A stretch of DNA of 54,474 nucleotides, filler included, from Sphacelaria rigidula (lineage: Eukaryota), in NCBI GenBank assembly GCA_964200075.2. It is 4 parts of 4 records of this genome, joined end to end, with 100 filler letters (N's around TTAATTAATTAA, not from the genome) between each part and the next. Parts side by side here need not be neighbours in the genome. Positions count along the whole stretch, not along the records: positions 1 to 13,545 come from CAXNAA020002816.1; positions 13,646 to 27,188 come from CAXNAA020002817.1; 2 more parts are not named here. The stretch is one strand, 5' to 3'. Below, piece after piece: positions 11,701 through 23,500 of this stretch. A model generated the notes under the pieces. The model saw only the letters and a program-made list of their open reading frames with translations, searched no databases and was not told the origin of the DNA. The first letter of the stretch is position 1, and the number at the start of each line of letters is the position of its first letter. A program made the translations under genes and the position numbers.

Positions 11701-13302
11701 CTCGCTGGGGAGCAAAGAGGATCTCTATGCCAATGCGGGGGCGAACCTTCTGGCGCACACACCGGAGATTCTCAACTGGTGAGGAGAGTGAGGGAGGTTA
11801 GAGAGGGGAGAGCCTGTGCAGTAGAGGAAGGTGATTTCAGAGGTGGAAACTGGTGCCCCTGCTGTACTGTTTTGTCGGTCGTAGCCTCCTTCCCGCGAGG
11901 TGTAACTGTGGCAATGTTCCCTGGCTGTTTCCTGTCGATGGCATTGCTGTTTTTTGGGTTCCTTCAATATTTTCTGCTTGCTTGCTCGTCTTTTCTCGTC
12001 ATTGCCCTTGCCCCCCCCCTCTCTCTCTCTGAGCAGTATGAGGTGGTTGTATTTCGCTCCTGTAGAGGTGTAGAGGAGGCAATTGAGATTTAGACACTTC
12101 CTACCGAAACAGCGTGGTCCGCAGATCATTTGAAGCCACAACCTGCTACCCCGGCCGCCTTGGGTTATTGTACGGCCTCCTCACAGGAAGTCCAAGCGGG
12201 GGCCTGTCAGGATTTTCGTATCGGAAATCAGTACTCATCATAGGTCTTCAACTAACGGGGGTTACGTCCTTTCTTCTCTTCTTTGTTCTTTCTCTTAGTA
12301 GTCTACTGTCTCCTCTCGTTTCCATGGTCCTCTTCTGTGGAGTGTCCTCCAACGAGTGCTTCCATCTTTTTACCTTTGTGTATGTCCATCTCGTCGTGAC
12401 CATAGCTGCCTTGGTGAAAAATGAATGTAAATGTCAAAGCGCGACGGTCAACTATCATTCAATAAAACAGCTACTTGCGTCAAGCTCGTAATCCAGCACA
12501 AGACACCGACCATTTGGCGCCCAAGATTACTACGCTTGTATCGCGCTGATCCTACCCGTGTTGTGTGTGTACGTGTGTGAGTGTCTTGCTTGTTGGACCT
12601 GCACATTTTATCGCGGTTCCAAGGCGCCTTCGAGCTAACATCAGCCCACAGAGTGTCTTCGGTATACCTCGTAGTTTTGAGTGTGTTTTTCTTGTGAAGT
12701 GGGTAAAGGCAAACAGCGGGCGGGGCGGGGATAAAACCTGTACATTCGAATGGCCGCGTCATCTCCGGTGAAGGAATACAAGACATGGATTCAAGGTCGA
12801 AGCATTGGGGGGTCGTTGAGCAAACGAAGTGACGAATACATAACCCCTGTCGGAGCATACATATACTAAATCCGTTATGTGCGGAGTAGAAGTGAAGGAC
12901 CAGGGCTGCTGCACATGTGCTTTGGCGGGCCTTTTGGTGCTTGTACACTTGGGGTGGGACGGGGTGGGGGTCGATTTTGTTTTTTACAGTCGATTGACGA
13001 TCTCTCGCCCCCCATCATTAGTCACGAACATCACAAGATGTTAGATGCCCTTGTATATTCCTGTCCCTCTTACTGTGGGAGTTGCGCTGTTTATAATGGT
13101 TACTGGTGGCGATGCTTGTCGGTGACAATTTTGTCGATTGCAATGATTGTTGTGGCGTCTGATCAGGCTGAAGACGGTCAGCCCAGAGAAGCCGTTGGTG
13201 GTTGGCTCTTACGCCTACCTGGATGGCGAGCTGCACGTGAGGCTGTCCCTGGCGATGGACGCTATTGTCAAAGGGCTCACCGAGTCGCGTCCTAACGTCA
13301 TG
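6990..13302 (+). CDS. Uncharacterised conserved protein with a Rossmann-like motif, spliced, 3'-partial. Exons 6990-7397, 11375-11778, 13167-13302
   Basis: Canonical GT-AG junctions join in phase (STVLE|VPYKG; LN-W|LKTV; PNVM|gtgag). Exon codons are GC-rich. The motif YFVLLGAGSAMGP...LGANIVAIDL resembles a dinucleotide-binding beta-alpha-beta unit. No stop-containing exon is found before the contig ends at 13545. Confidence 0.82.
8028..8238. mobile_element. MITE-like element with ~40-bp TIRs
   Basis: AGAGGTATCTCAAACTCGGCTCTCGGTACCCTGGTTTGTT matches the reverse complement of the right end, AGAGGTATCTCGAACCCGGCTGCCGGTATCCTGGTTTATT. Confidence 0.7.
8709..8771 (+). repeat. (ATA)n microsatellite, probably the tail of a retroposon fragment (~8390-8771)
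   Basis: About 20 units with a short CTA/CTT interruption. Confidence 0.8.
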
Positions 13303-13382
13303 GTGAGAAGAGTGCTGGGCGTTTTTGTTGAATGTAAAAAGTAGGAGTACGTGAGTGAAGCAGTGTGTGTGTTGTCGTCCCA

Positions 13383-13545
13383 TCTATTCTGGGCGCCAGT
13401 CTGCACCTTTCGGTATGTGTGGGCGCACCAGCCGGGGTCACACAGGAGGAAGGTCAACAAAGGGGTTTTTTATTTCTTGTTTGTTTTTAGTACCCCACCT
13501 TCCTTCTGCGGTGCTTGCCTTCTTTTTTTATCGCAAGAGGGGCTC
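13383..13545 (+). repeat. Dispersed repeat family B at the end of contig 1
   Basis: Matches 4435-4558 in the opposite orientation. Confidence 0.7.
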
Positions 13546-13645
13546 NNNNNNNNNNNNNNNNNNNNNNNNNNNNNNNNNNNNNNNNNNNNTTAATTAATTA
13601 ANNNNNNNNNNNNNNNNNNNNNNNNNNNNNNNNNNNNNNNNNNNN
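13546..13645. other. Artificial 100-nt contig linker (44N-TTAATTAATTAA-44N)
   Basis: A six-frame-stop 12-mer embedded in Ns. Identical linkers occur at 27189 and 40832. Confidence 0.97.
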
Positions 13646-13677
13646 GCAGATATCGGAACGGTGTTTAATGTGGAGGC

Positions 13678-13720
<43 letters not shown>
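13646..13720 (+). mobile_element. 3' end of (CAA)n-tailed retroposon family C
   Basis: GCAGATATCGGAACGG.TTTAATGTG.AG.CAACAAC... is shared with 17521-17599 (+) and 54417-54468 (-). Confidence 0.7.
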
Positions 13721-15432
13721 TGCTACGAATTTATATTCATCGCAGAAGAACAGAACACCGATCGCCACCACAGAAAAAATAACCCCCCCGCCCGAGTCGC
13801 GCAGCAAGCGGTCACCGCTGATGGTGGCAGTGGTGACAGCGTGTGGCGACAACCAGCAGGCATCACTGGCAAGCCGCCCTCAGGTTTCGGGGTTCTCATA
13901 TCCAGACTTACAACAAGAGAAGAAAACTCGTCACCTGAAAGTCATGCGTAATATTTGTCCATGATCTGATTTCAGTGCCCGAGACCGACTCGAATCGTGG
14001 CTCTCGAATCCTTCTGACTGTGTTGTACAGGTGCACGAGTATTTCCGTACGCAAGAGAATCGAGATTGAAATGTGCTACAGGGGGTGTTATACCCCGTCA
14101 CCTGCGTGTCGGATTGGAGTAAGTGTCATGTTCGTGCGGACTCTTTTAATACCCGACGTATCCTGCGTGTTCTTGACCGGTGCTCTAATCTGCCGGACTG
14201 CTGTACCGTACGCACCGCTAAGAAGTCGGGATAGTGCAAGCAAAAAAAAATCGCCCAAAATCCAATCCTGCCTTGCACCGACCTCAGACGGGTCGTGCCT
14301 GAAATGTGATTTTGGCACCCAACTCATACGCGAATGACAGTATCATCCAACAGGAAAGAGTTTGGCGTGTGACAGCGTAGCCAGAGCCCAGTGCATGCAC
14401 CTGCACCGTCCCGATCGAGCAGTACCCGCCGATCCCGTTTACTGTACGAAATAGGATAACTCCAGCAAAGGAGGCGACCAAGCTGACATGCTGGATCCAC
14501 TGCTCACCTGCCCCAAACCATAATTTATCTAATAACTTTCTCAACTCTAAAATCAAGTAATGTTGTCAATCACAGATATACGATCGAAGCTTTAGGTCTA
14601 CTGCAGCAAAGCCAGATCCACACGCCCCAGAGCAGGTTCTAAACTGCAATGAAAAAACGTCTTGGTGTTGGGAAGGGCCTGCTCCACGGCGGGTAATGGC
14701 CCGCAACAGGAAAGTTCGCAATAAATGGCGGGAAGTTGTTTCAAGCTAGAAATACCCACGTTATTACTACGGTACATAATCCCGTCTTGGATATTGTCCC
14801 CTTTGAGCGAGTCCACTCCTGTTTGCACTGCACTGCACCAGTCCGCAGAAGACAAGACGGTCAGCGCTAATCAGCAATACGGTACTGTACTGTAGTACTC
14901 GGCTTCTCCAATTGATACATGCCTCATCACAAGTTGGAAAGGAGAATGATACTACAAGCTCTGCACTGCTTTCTTCTCGTCGTTCATACCTATGGTTACT
15001 GCCTTGTGGATGAATTCCGATGCCATCGCTGGGTGGACCCTATCGACAAGCATGAAGGTACAGGAGCACAGCAAACTGCGTAGGTGCATGTGTTATTTTC
15101 CAAAACCCACGCGTTACCTTGTTCGTGTTCCTGTTCCCCTCAAAATCTGGCAAAATCACACAGCCGCTTTCATCAGATTCTTCGTTCTTGGTCATATGCA
15201 TCTGGTACACAAGAGCACCGCCACCACCACCACCACCACCACCCACCCACCCACCCACCTTCCATAGCTGTATTAAACCGTCAAGTGTTTTTGAACTATG
15301 AAATGAAGTGCTAAACATTCAAACATTCCTGGAAGGGAAGACCAAAAAAGTGCCCGCAATTTTAGAACATGGCTATACTAATAAAAAGATGGGATTCTCG
15401 GACACCCCCTGCCGAGGTCGACAATCGTGCAA

Positions 15433-17554
15433 ATGGCGCCAGTGTGGTGCCCTGCGGTATGCGTGCTGCTTCTCCTCCACTGTGAGCCTTCACGTGCTCT
15501 CATTAAACCCATTGTACCACGATGCAGCAGCTACTCGAACCCACGTCATGCTACCTGCAGTACGTCAACTGTGCCGTCGGCGTCCATTTCGGTTGTGCCG
15601 TCGCCCGCAAGATCAACATGGTTGGGAAACATGTCACCGGGTGACAAAGAGCATTTGCTCTCTTCATCAGCATTAACATCAACCGTTATGCGCAGCGATA
15701 TAGGCATCAGCAGCTGGATGAACTCTGTGAGAAAGATGCTGCTGACGTCTTGCCTAGCTGCTGTCCTTGTTTCATCCGGCGCCTTGCCTGAGTCTGTACC
15801 GCTGGAGTCTCCATGGGCACTTGTCTCTGGGCGATCTGGCGTGGCTGCGGCTTCGGCAGCGAGCTTCAACGACGCGCAGAAGACCATTGCCGAGACATGG
15901 GTAGGTGCAGTATTGCAGTGCTTCATTTAGATATGGGACGGTACGATACATTCAGCAGTCAGTTGCGACAGACGCGCATGGACTCACCTGCGCAATGTTA
16001 GTACAACTCGTATCTGGATTGTAATGTACTCACTGCGTCATAACCTGTAGTGCCGTGGATGTCGTTGTTGGGTAACATTACCTGCTACCTGGGAACAGCG
16101 TTCGCAGTGGAGGTCAACAATACCCTGTCGGCGCTCAGCATTGGATGTCGATTTGAAGGAAGAGCAATGCGCACTCACTCCAGCGAGCGGGCCCGTCATT
16201 TCAGGGTGCCTGAACGCATCTCGCGCCGTGCTGCGGCTTATTTCACGTCTTGCTCCGTGGCTTCCCTCCCCGCCTTCTAGCCCAACAGTCTGGGTGTCCT
16301 GTCCCTGCTGCCCAACTCTTTATCGTCCACAATGACAAGCCTGGAAAGCAAGAACAGGATACCTACTTTGAGTTTAAAAAGACTGGTACAACGGGCATGA
16401 GCAAGCGAAGATTAAGCTGCAGTCCGGGGAGAGATACCGGAAGTGGCCCTCGCCATAACTCGGGGACTGCCCCGTGCGCTCAATGACTCGGCCTTCTACG
16501 TTATTTCTATAACAGCAACCATCGCAAACACCTTGCACCAAGCATCGTCCGGTCACCGCAACCACTTTGCAAAAAGTAGCATTCCCATCCCACCTCGATT
16601 TTTGAAAGTCTCGAAAGGCTTGAAACATCAGAAACACAACGAGAGTGACAAAACACTCGTCTGTGCCGTTGAGGCTTGTAACTTATCACTCATCATCAGC
16701 CATGGAGAGGGGGGGCGTACTCATTTGTTGCTTGGCTCAGTCGTTTGACCATTGACCACGCATCCCTTTCGAGGCAGAGCATTGTTTCTACTCCTAATAG
16801 AGACACCTTCACCAATCCGGCGCTCATGACGTTTCTTCCATACATTGCACAAAAACATTTTACATATCTTATCCCCGTCCTGTTTCGCCGTCTGTGGCTA
16901 CGATATATCTCCTAGTATAACCATAATTTTCTCGCTACTGTCTAATGCATCAAACGATTTCATGCCACCTTCGTTCGCGTCCGGCATTTCCCCCTCAAGC
17001 ACGTCCCACTCCTCCTTGTATAGTTCATATTCTGCAACGGTATGACTTTTGCTTTCTAATCCTTTGCCACACAGGTAGTTCTGTGCATCTACTTCCTCCT
17101 CCACACGACTACTGGTATATCTCCTTCTTTCTGGCAATTACAGGTCCCCCACCCGAAATCGCAGTTTCAATGCTTTTGCCGAACCCATGGGGCCATGCAG
17201 ATATGTTTTCATCCCGATGCCCTCTGTCAACCCCCCGTATATCTTCAGGTGTTTTTCCTCGTTTACCTTGCGTCTGAGCGCTCCTTTTCCCCGTATTTCT
17301 ATCATATCTCTCACTCTTTTGTCTTGTACCCCGCGCCTTCACCTATGGACAATATTGCGTCTTGGTTTCCTTCTATCCCCTTCCACACTTTCTCGACTTC
17401 TTTATTCCACCTTATAGCACGCCCTTTCGTACTTTTCTTCCATACGGCCCCATCAACTATGGCTGGCAATCTCTTTCTCTGCATGTTCTTTACGCTATAT
17501 TGTATGTTCTTTACGCTATATAGAAATCGGAACGGAACGGTTTTTAATGTGAAG

Positions 17555-17599
<45 letters not shown>

Positions 17600-20500
17600 G
17601 TGCCATCGCAATTTCCTCATGTCTGTTGGTTTTTAGTGAGTACATTCCCAACTCTGCTCTCAAAACTGTATTACTCGTCATTTTCGAGCATCCAAGTATC
17701 GTCTTAGCTGCTGCCATCTGTACTGTTTCCAACCTCTCCACCAACTTCACGTTCCCCTCCTATACTTCTCCTGCATATTCCAGCTTTGGTACGATCACGT
17801 TCATCAGGATACATCTCGTAACCCTCGTGTCTGGGTGCGAATCTCTGAGGATCACGTCCATCCTTCCTCTCTGTGCCTTACCCTTTTCTACTACTCTATT
17901 TATCTGTGCGTCCGAAGAACAGTTTTTTTTAGATCCCTACGCCAAGGTATGTATACTAGTCTACCATCGGCGGTTCCTCTTCTTCTCACTTCCACTTGAA
18001 CTCTACCGGATTTTTCTTATTTACGTTACAGACGAGTACCGCGCATTTGTTGACATTCGCTGTCACTCTCCATTTCCCAGCGTATTCTAGCGCCTTCCTA
18101 TTTGTTTTTGCAATCCTTCTGCTGTTCCTGAAATCCCCACAAAATCATCTACGAACATCAAACTTGATACCATACCTTCACCCACCTTGACTCCTTGATT
18201 TGCTGCTTGAATTGCTATTATCAAGTCATTAATGAACACCTTGAATAAAGTGGGTGATTACGTACGTCCTTGTGCAACTACTTGTAAGATCTCAAAATAT
18301 TTCGATATTTCCCCGTATAGCATCATGGGCACTTCTGGCACATTCTGTCATCTTCTTTACCATTCTCCACATCTTTCCTCTGATCCCAGTTTTCCACAAC
18401 TTTTTCCACAGCCCATTTCTCTATACTGTGTCATGAGCCTTTTGCACGTCCAGAGAGAAACAGTTCGTTGTCAGTCCGGCGTCTTTCCTACCTTGAATAG
18501 TCTTACCTAGTGTGTACACATGGTGTGCGCAAGTACGGTTTGGTCTGAAACCTGCTTGTCCCTCGCTGTTTTTTCCACCCTTCTCTAGCATCGTTCCTAC
18601 TCTATCATTCAGAATCTTACAGAAAGTTTTCCCTCCCGTGCTGAGTAGCGTTTTCCCTCTATAGTTCCATGGATCAGCCTCGTCTTCCTTTTTGAAAATA
18701 TTGACTACTACTCCTTCTCTCCACCTCTTGGGCGTGTACTCGTTTTCCCATACCCAGTTGTACAGCATAACCATCAGTCAAACAGGGAGAATCTTCTCTG
18801 TTCCGAAGAGTTGACACATGATTCAGTGCGGAAATTCAGAGAGAGCTGAACCTGCGATAACACGCGCAGGCTCAACTCGCGGGTGCGTTTGTACCGTAGA
18901 GCCATGAGTGGCGCAGTTGCCTCCGTCCCGTGACACACACATACATCGCGTTTGGCGTTTTTCGTCTCAAGCTGACTGTACTAACCTTTCGGCCTTTTGC
19001 CACTGTTCGCGTGAATCCCACTCTCAGCGCACCGTTGATCGTCTGTACGTGGATCGGTCGTTCGGGGGACAGGACTGGTTCGACATTCGCCAGAAAGCTC
19101 TCAAGGTTTGTTGCGGCACTATGTAGTGTAGTTCGACGGTGTGCATTGTGTCATGGAGGGTTCCCTCTGTGAAGTGCAGCACGTCAGCACAACGGTACTT
19201 GTGCTTTCATAGCAAACCATTCCAGTGCACACTCACTGCAAGAGCGTCTGCGTATGGAAAAACAATAGCTCCCCTTGCGACCAAGAGGGCAATCTGAACA
19301 CCGTGTTCTTTTTACATACCTCTGATCACTGCCCTCCCTCGGGACGAGTCCGAGCCTGAAGTGATCAATCCATCTTTCCCGCGCTTCTCGCCTTACAGTT
19401 CGGATTCGCAGATTGGAGTGGCACTCCCCCACCGCGTGGACTCTCGCCAAAATTTCCGCGTCGTCGTCACATTTTAAACGACATCAATCAGATAGTCGTC
19501 ACAGAAGGAGACGCACCAGTCGGGGTTCGAACCCTCAATCCTCCGCTCAGACAGATTTCAGTTGTACCAGTTACAATACCGGAGCGAGGCGGTCATATAT
19601 AGGTGATCGAACATCTGCGGCCGCGGCGTCGTTTCAACGGCAAAATGATCTTGCCCTGCCCACAATGTTCGTGTCAACACGGCTGACAGTGCATTTTTTC
19701 CCGCTTGTAGCACCTGTGTAGGTGTAAGTGCAGGGTCTGAAGATACCAAAACCGCGTCCGATTCGATACTGGAAATGCAAGTGGTGGAGACCCAACACAC
19801 ACGCATGATCTCGCGCGAATCAGCGGAAATATCTGCTCCTCGAACGAGGGTTAGCATGTTTTTGATGCCCAGCATACCCGACTGATTCAAGTATTGGATA
19901 TGGTACGTGTGTGTGTGTGTGTGTGTGTGTGTATTCTTTGCACAGGCAGGCGCTAAGGGGATGACGGAATCAGAACTGAGCTCGACCCTGTCCAACATGT
20001 TGGCGGCACTTGGAGACCGTTACACGAGATACCTCCCACCGGCGAAGTACGCCACAATTGTTCAGGTACCTGGTTTCAGCAGTAGATGACGCCGTGCACC
20101 AGTTTTGGCCTGATGACTTGCTCTTTCCAAGGAACCTAAGCAAGCGACCGACTATTTCAAGTCAATACGGCTGTACATTGTCAAAGCTACTTGGATAGCG
20201 AGCCACGAGTGGGACGTCTCCGCCTAGGTTTGGTGCACGCAAAGTAACTATCAGCTTGCGAGCATGCGAGAGTAGCACTGTGTTACTGATGGTCCGGCCG
20301 GGTCCTGCTGCTCCCGCCTAGTTTGCCGTCTCACGAGCTCAAGTTTGAAGAAAATGAGAGTCTGTTTTTTTTGCTCTTTCCCCGCATGCGGGTGGTGGTG
20401 CACCTTCGCAACGTCGTCGTTGGTCATTGATCACACTTTGATGTCGTTCGCGTGTCTCTCGCAGCAGAAGAACCCTTTCATATGTGAGGGGGAAGTAGCT

Positions 20501-23500
20501 CTTCGAAAATCCAAGGAGAACGTGGAAATGACGCCAGAGTCGACACCCTGATATCCAGAGTTGAAGTTTGGTCAAAGTCACCATTTGAGCCCCTCATTTA
20601 CTTGCGCTTGCCCCACACTTCACCCCTTACCGCTTGTTTTCTTCGTTCTGTTTTGGACTTGCTATTCTCAAGTCTTCTTCCGGTGATGTTGCGGGTGTGG
20701 GCGTATCGCTATCCGTAGACAAGGATCGGGATCTTCCTCTGATAGTGGGGATCGAGACTGGTACCCCTGCCGAAGAAGCTGGCCTGCAGGTATAGAGTAC
20801 TGTGAGCTATTTCTGCGCAGAGCCGCAGATGAGTGCTTCGTCAACAGTGTTATTGCTAGATACGATGTTTTCAGAGCTCTAGAAGCGGGTGCCCAATTCA
20901 TGGAGGGTTGTTGCAAACACATTCTTGTGGTAGCGTGTTGAAAGAGCCGAGAACCACCGTTGTAGGTAGTCGGGGTAGGATTTTATTCGGTTTTCGCTCA
21001 TTTTTGTCGAATGTTGCCGAGTGGCGAGGCCTATTCCGAGCGAACTTATCGGCCATCTCCGTGCCAATGACCTGTGGTGTTCTATTCTTACGTATTGAAA
21101 CAGGGCAGAGATTATATGGGCACTGTATGGTAAATCACGGTATCCACATTCGGTCAGAAGGACAGGATAGTCCCACAGATGAGATCTAGGGAGTTCGCAT
21201 GCGACGTGTAGACCGCGGGTGATCCTTCCCTAAGCTTTGCGCTGTCCAAGTGAAGAAAAATGTTAACTGCGCGAATACGTTTCTCTCATGCACAACTCCC
21301 ACATCTGTGCGTGGTTCGACGCATTTTGTTTTTTTGTCTCACTCTGAACTCCTTCCCTTCCTCGGGACGAGTCCGTGGTCTCGAAGGATCAAGCTATCGC
21401 TCCCAACTGATTGATTGATTGATCGATTAATTGATTATCTCACATTAGCTGATTGCAACAATCCAGCCCGTGGTCAGGACCAGCAAAAAAAGAGGAGAAA
21501 AAGAAATAAGGAAAGGGACAGAAAAAGACAGAAGCAACAGCCACAGAACCCAAGTATGCTCATATAGGTTAGAGCTTCAGCACGTTATGAGTACAGCCCC
21601 GGTATGCGCATGTGCTATTACAACATGAAACAACAGCAATCCCGCAAAGATGCACAACTTAGACCTACCTTTCTCTTTCGGATCGCAAAACAAGCAGGCC
21701 GGGGATCTGCTAGTTCAGATAAGCGGTGATGACTGCCAAGGACTCGCTCCAGACGACGCCGCCGCATTGTTGAGGGGGTCAGAGGGTACCAAGGTGGGTA
21801 TTGTCGCCGAGCGTCCGGCATCTTCAGCAGGCGGTGGTGGGACGGCAGAAAAGCTAGATCTGATCGTAACAAGGCGGAAGTTCAAGGTTGAAGGAGTTGT
21901 CTCTAAGGACGCTACTGTCGGTGGGACGAAAGTGGGGGTAAGTGATGCAGTGAGTTGGAGGCGCCGATGTGATTGTCGATTTTGGGATTTCTCTGGGTGG
22001 CAATGTATTCGTGCTGTATGCTGAATATACTTCGTATGTATATACATATGAGCTGTGTATACCATTTCGGGAGGCTCCATGCTGGTAGAAGTGGTTGATC
22101 TGGCGCGAAAACTTCTATCGTTTTCTTCGCTTGTTGCTTCTTCGTCTCCGATGTTGTGCATTGCCGGTGTGGCCATCCTTTCCGTATCCTTTTCAGTCGA
22201 TGCTTACGACCTGCCTGTCTACCGTGGCGGGGGGTAATGTACGTGTTGGCGGTACTGTGCCTCATGTATTATTCTTGTGCATGCGTTGTTTTGGTTGATG
22301 TATCTCTTGTCCTGTGTTCGGGGTGTTGATTTTTAAACTCCGTTCAGGTAGTGCGTCCGTTGTGCGCTGTTCGTGTACATTCGTCTCACTGTGGGTGTTC
22401 GTGCACCAGCCAACACCCGCGTCAAGATGCACAACGCCTGCTTCACTAGAACATGGATACACAACTTGGGGCAATGTTCCTGAATGCCCCCCTCGAACCC
22501 TTCTTGTGTGGCACAGATCATTCGCATCAAGTCGTTTAGTGCAAACACCGCAGCAGACGTGCAGGCAGCCGTGGATCGTTTGAAGGGCAAGGGAGTAACC
22601 AGAATTGTGGTGGATCTGAGGGGCAACGTCGGGGGACTGTTGCCGGGTGGCATAGACACCGCAGGGCTATTTCTGGATTCGGGCAAGGTACGAATAGCTT
22701 GTGCTTGATCCCTCGTATTTGACTTTTGCGCTAAATACTTGCCTTTTTTACTCAGCGCTTGTTTGGGAATGTTGTTCACGTAGTCCTAAACGGATGTGTT
22801 ATTCCTTGGATTTCTTATGCCGGCCTCCAAGTGTCGGCTCTTCAAAAGTATGCAGGAGATCGCCTCATATTTTGCATGTCGGGTATACTGAGGGTGATTG
22901 ATATCTGTACTGGTCATCTCCATCTTGTGTCACACCGCTCCTGGGTGAAGTAAGTGTACTCTCTGGATCATCACTCACCGAGCCGCTATTGTCAGGACCC
23001 ACAGCACGTATCTTGCCGTCTTTTACGATCCATACCATGTATACTGTACTCTTTTGCAACTCGAGGCTTCATGTTGTTTGACCAGCTCTCACTAGCGTTC
23101 CCTCCCCCCCCTGCCCCCCCATCTCGTTTGTGCGGGATAGGATGTTGTTTTCATCATCCGAAAAAACGGCTCGGTGGAGGGACGGGCGACCTTAGAAAAG
23201 GGAAAAAACGCAGACGGCCTGCCGCTGACCATCTTGGTGGACAAGGGCACGGCATCGGCCGCGGAAGTCTTCGCGGCAGCCGTTAGGTATCTCACTATAT
23301 TTATCCTCACAATAGCAAAGCAGCTCTCCGCGGCCTGGGGATTGCGCGGGCCTTCCCCTGCTTCGTTTCACCGTAACCACTCTACATGCATGTGATTCCC
23401 AAGCTCCGATAGAAGATTGGTCTCTGTCAACGAAAATGAAAAGGTGTGTCGTATTTTTCTCGTGGTCACCCCGTGATCGATTAACTCTCAAAAGCTGATC

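Noticed and set aside
13590..13601. TTAATTAATTAA palindrome recurring at an exact 13643-bp period
   Set aside because: It is an assembly linker inside N runs, not biological periodicity.
13668..13964. Poly-Gln/poly-Thr ORFs (also poly-Ile at 8636 and poly-Thr at 17195)
   Set aside because: They are translations of microsatellite tails.
14284..14855. Two minus-strand ORFs upstream of ctpA
   Set aside because: No recognisable motif or coherent splice model.
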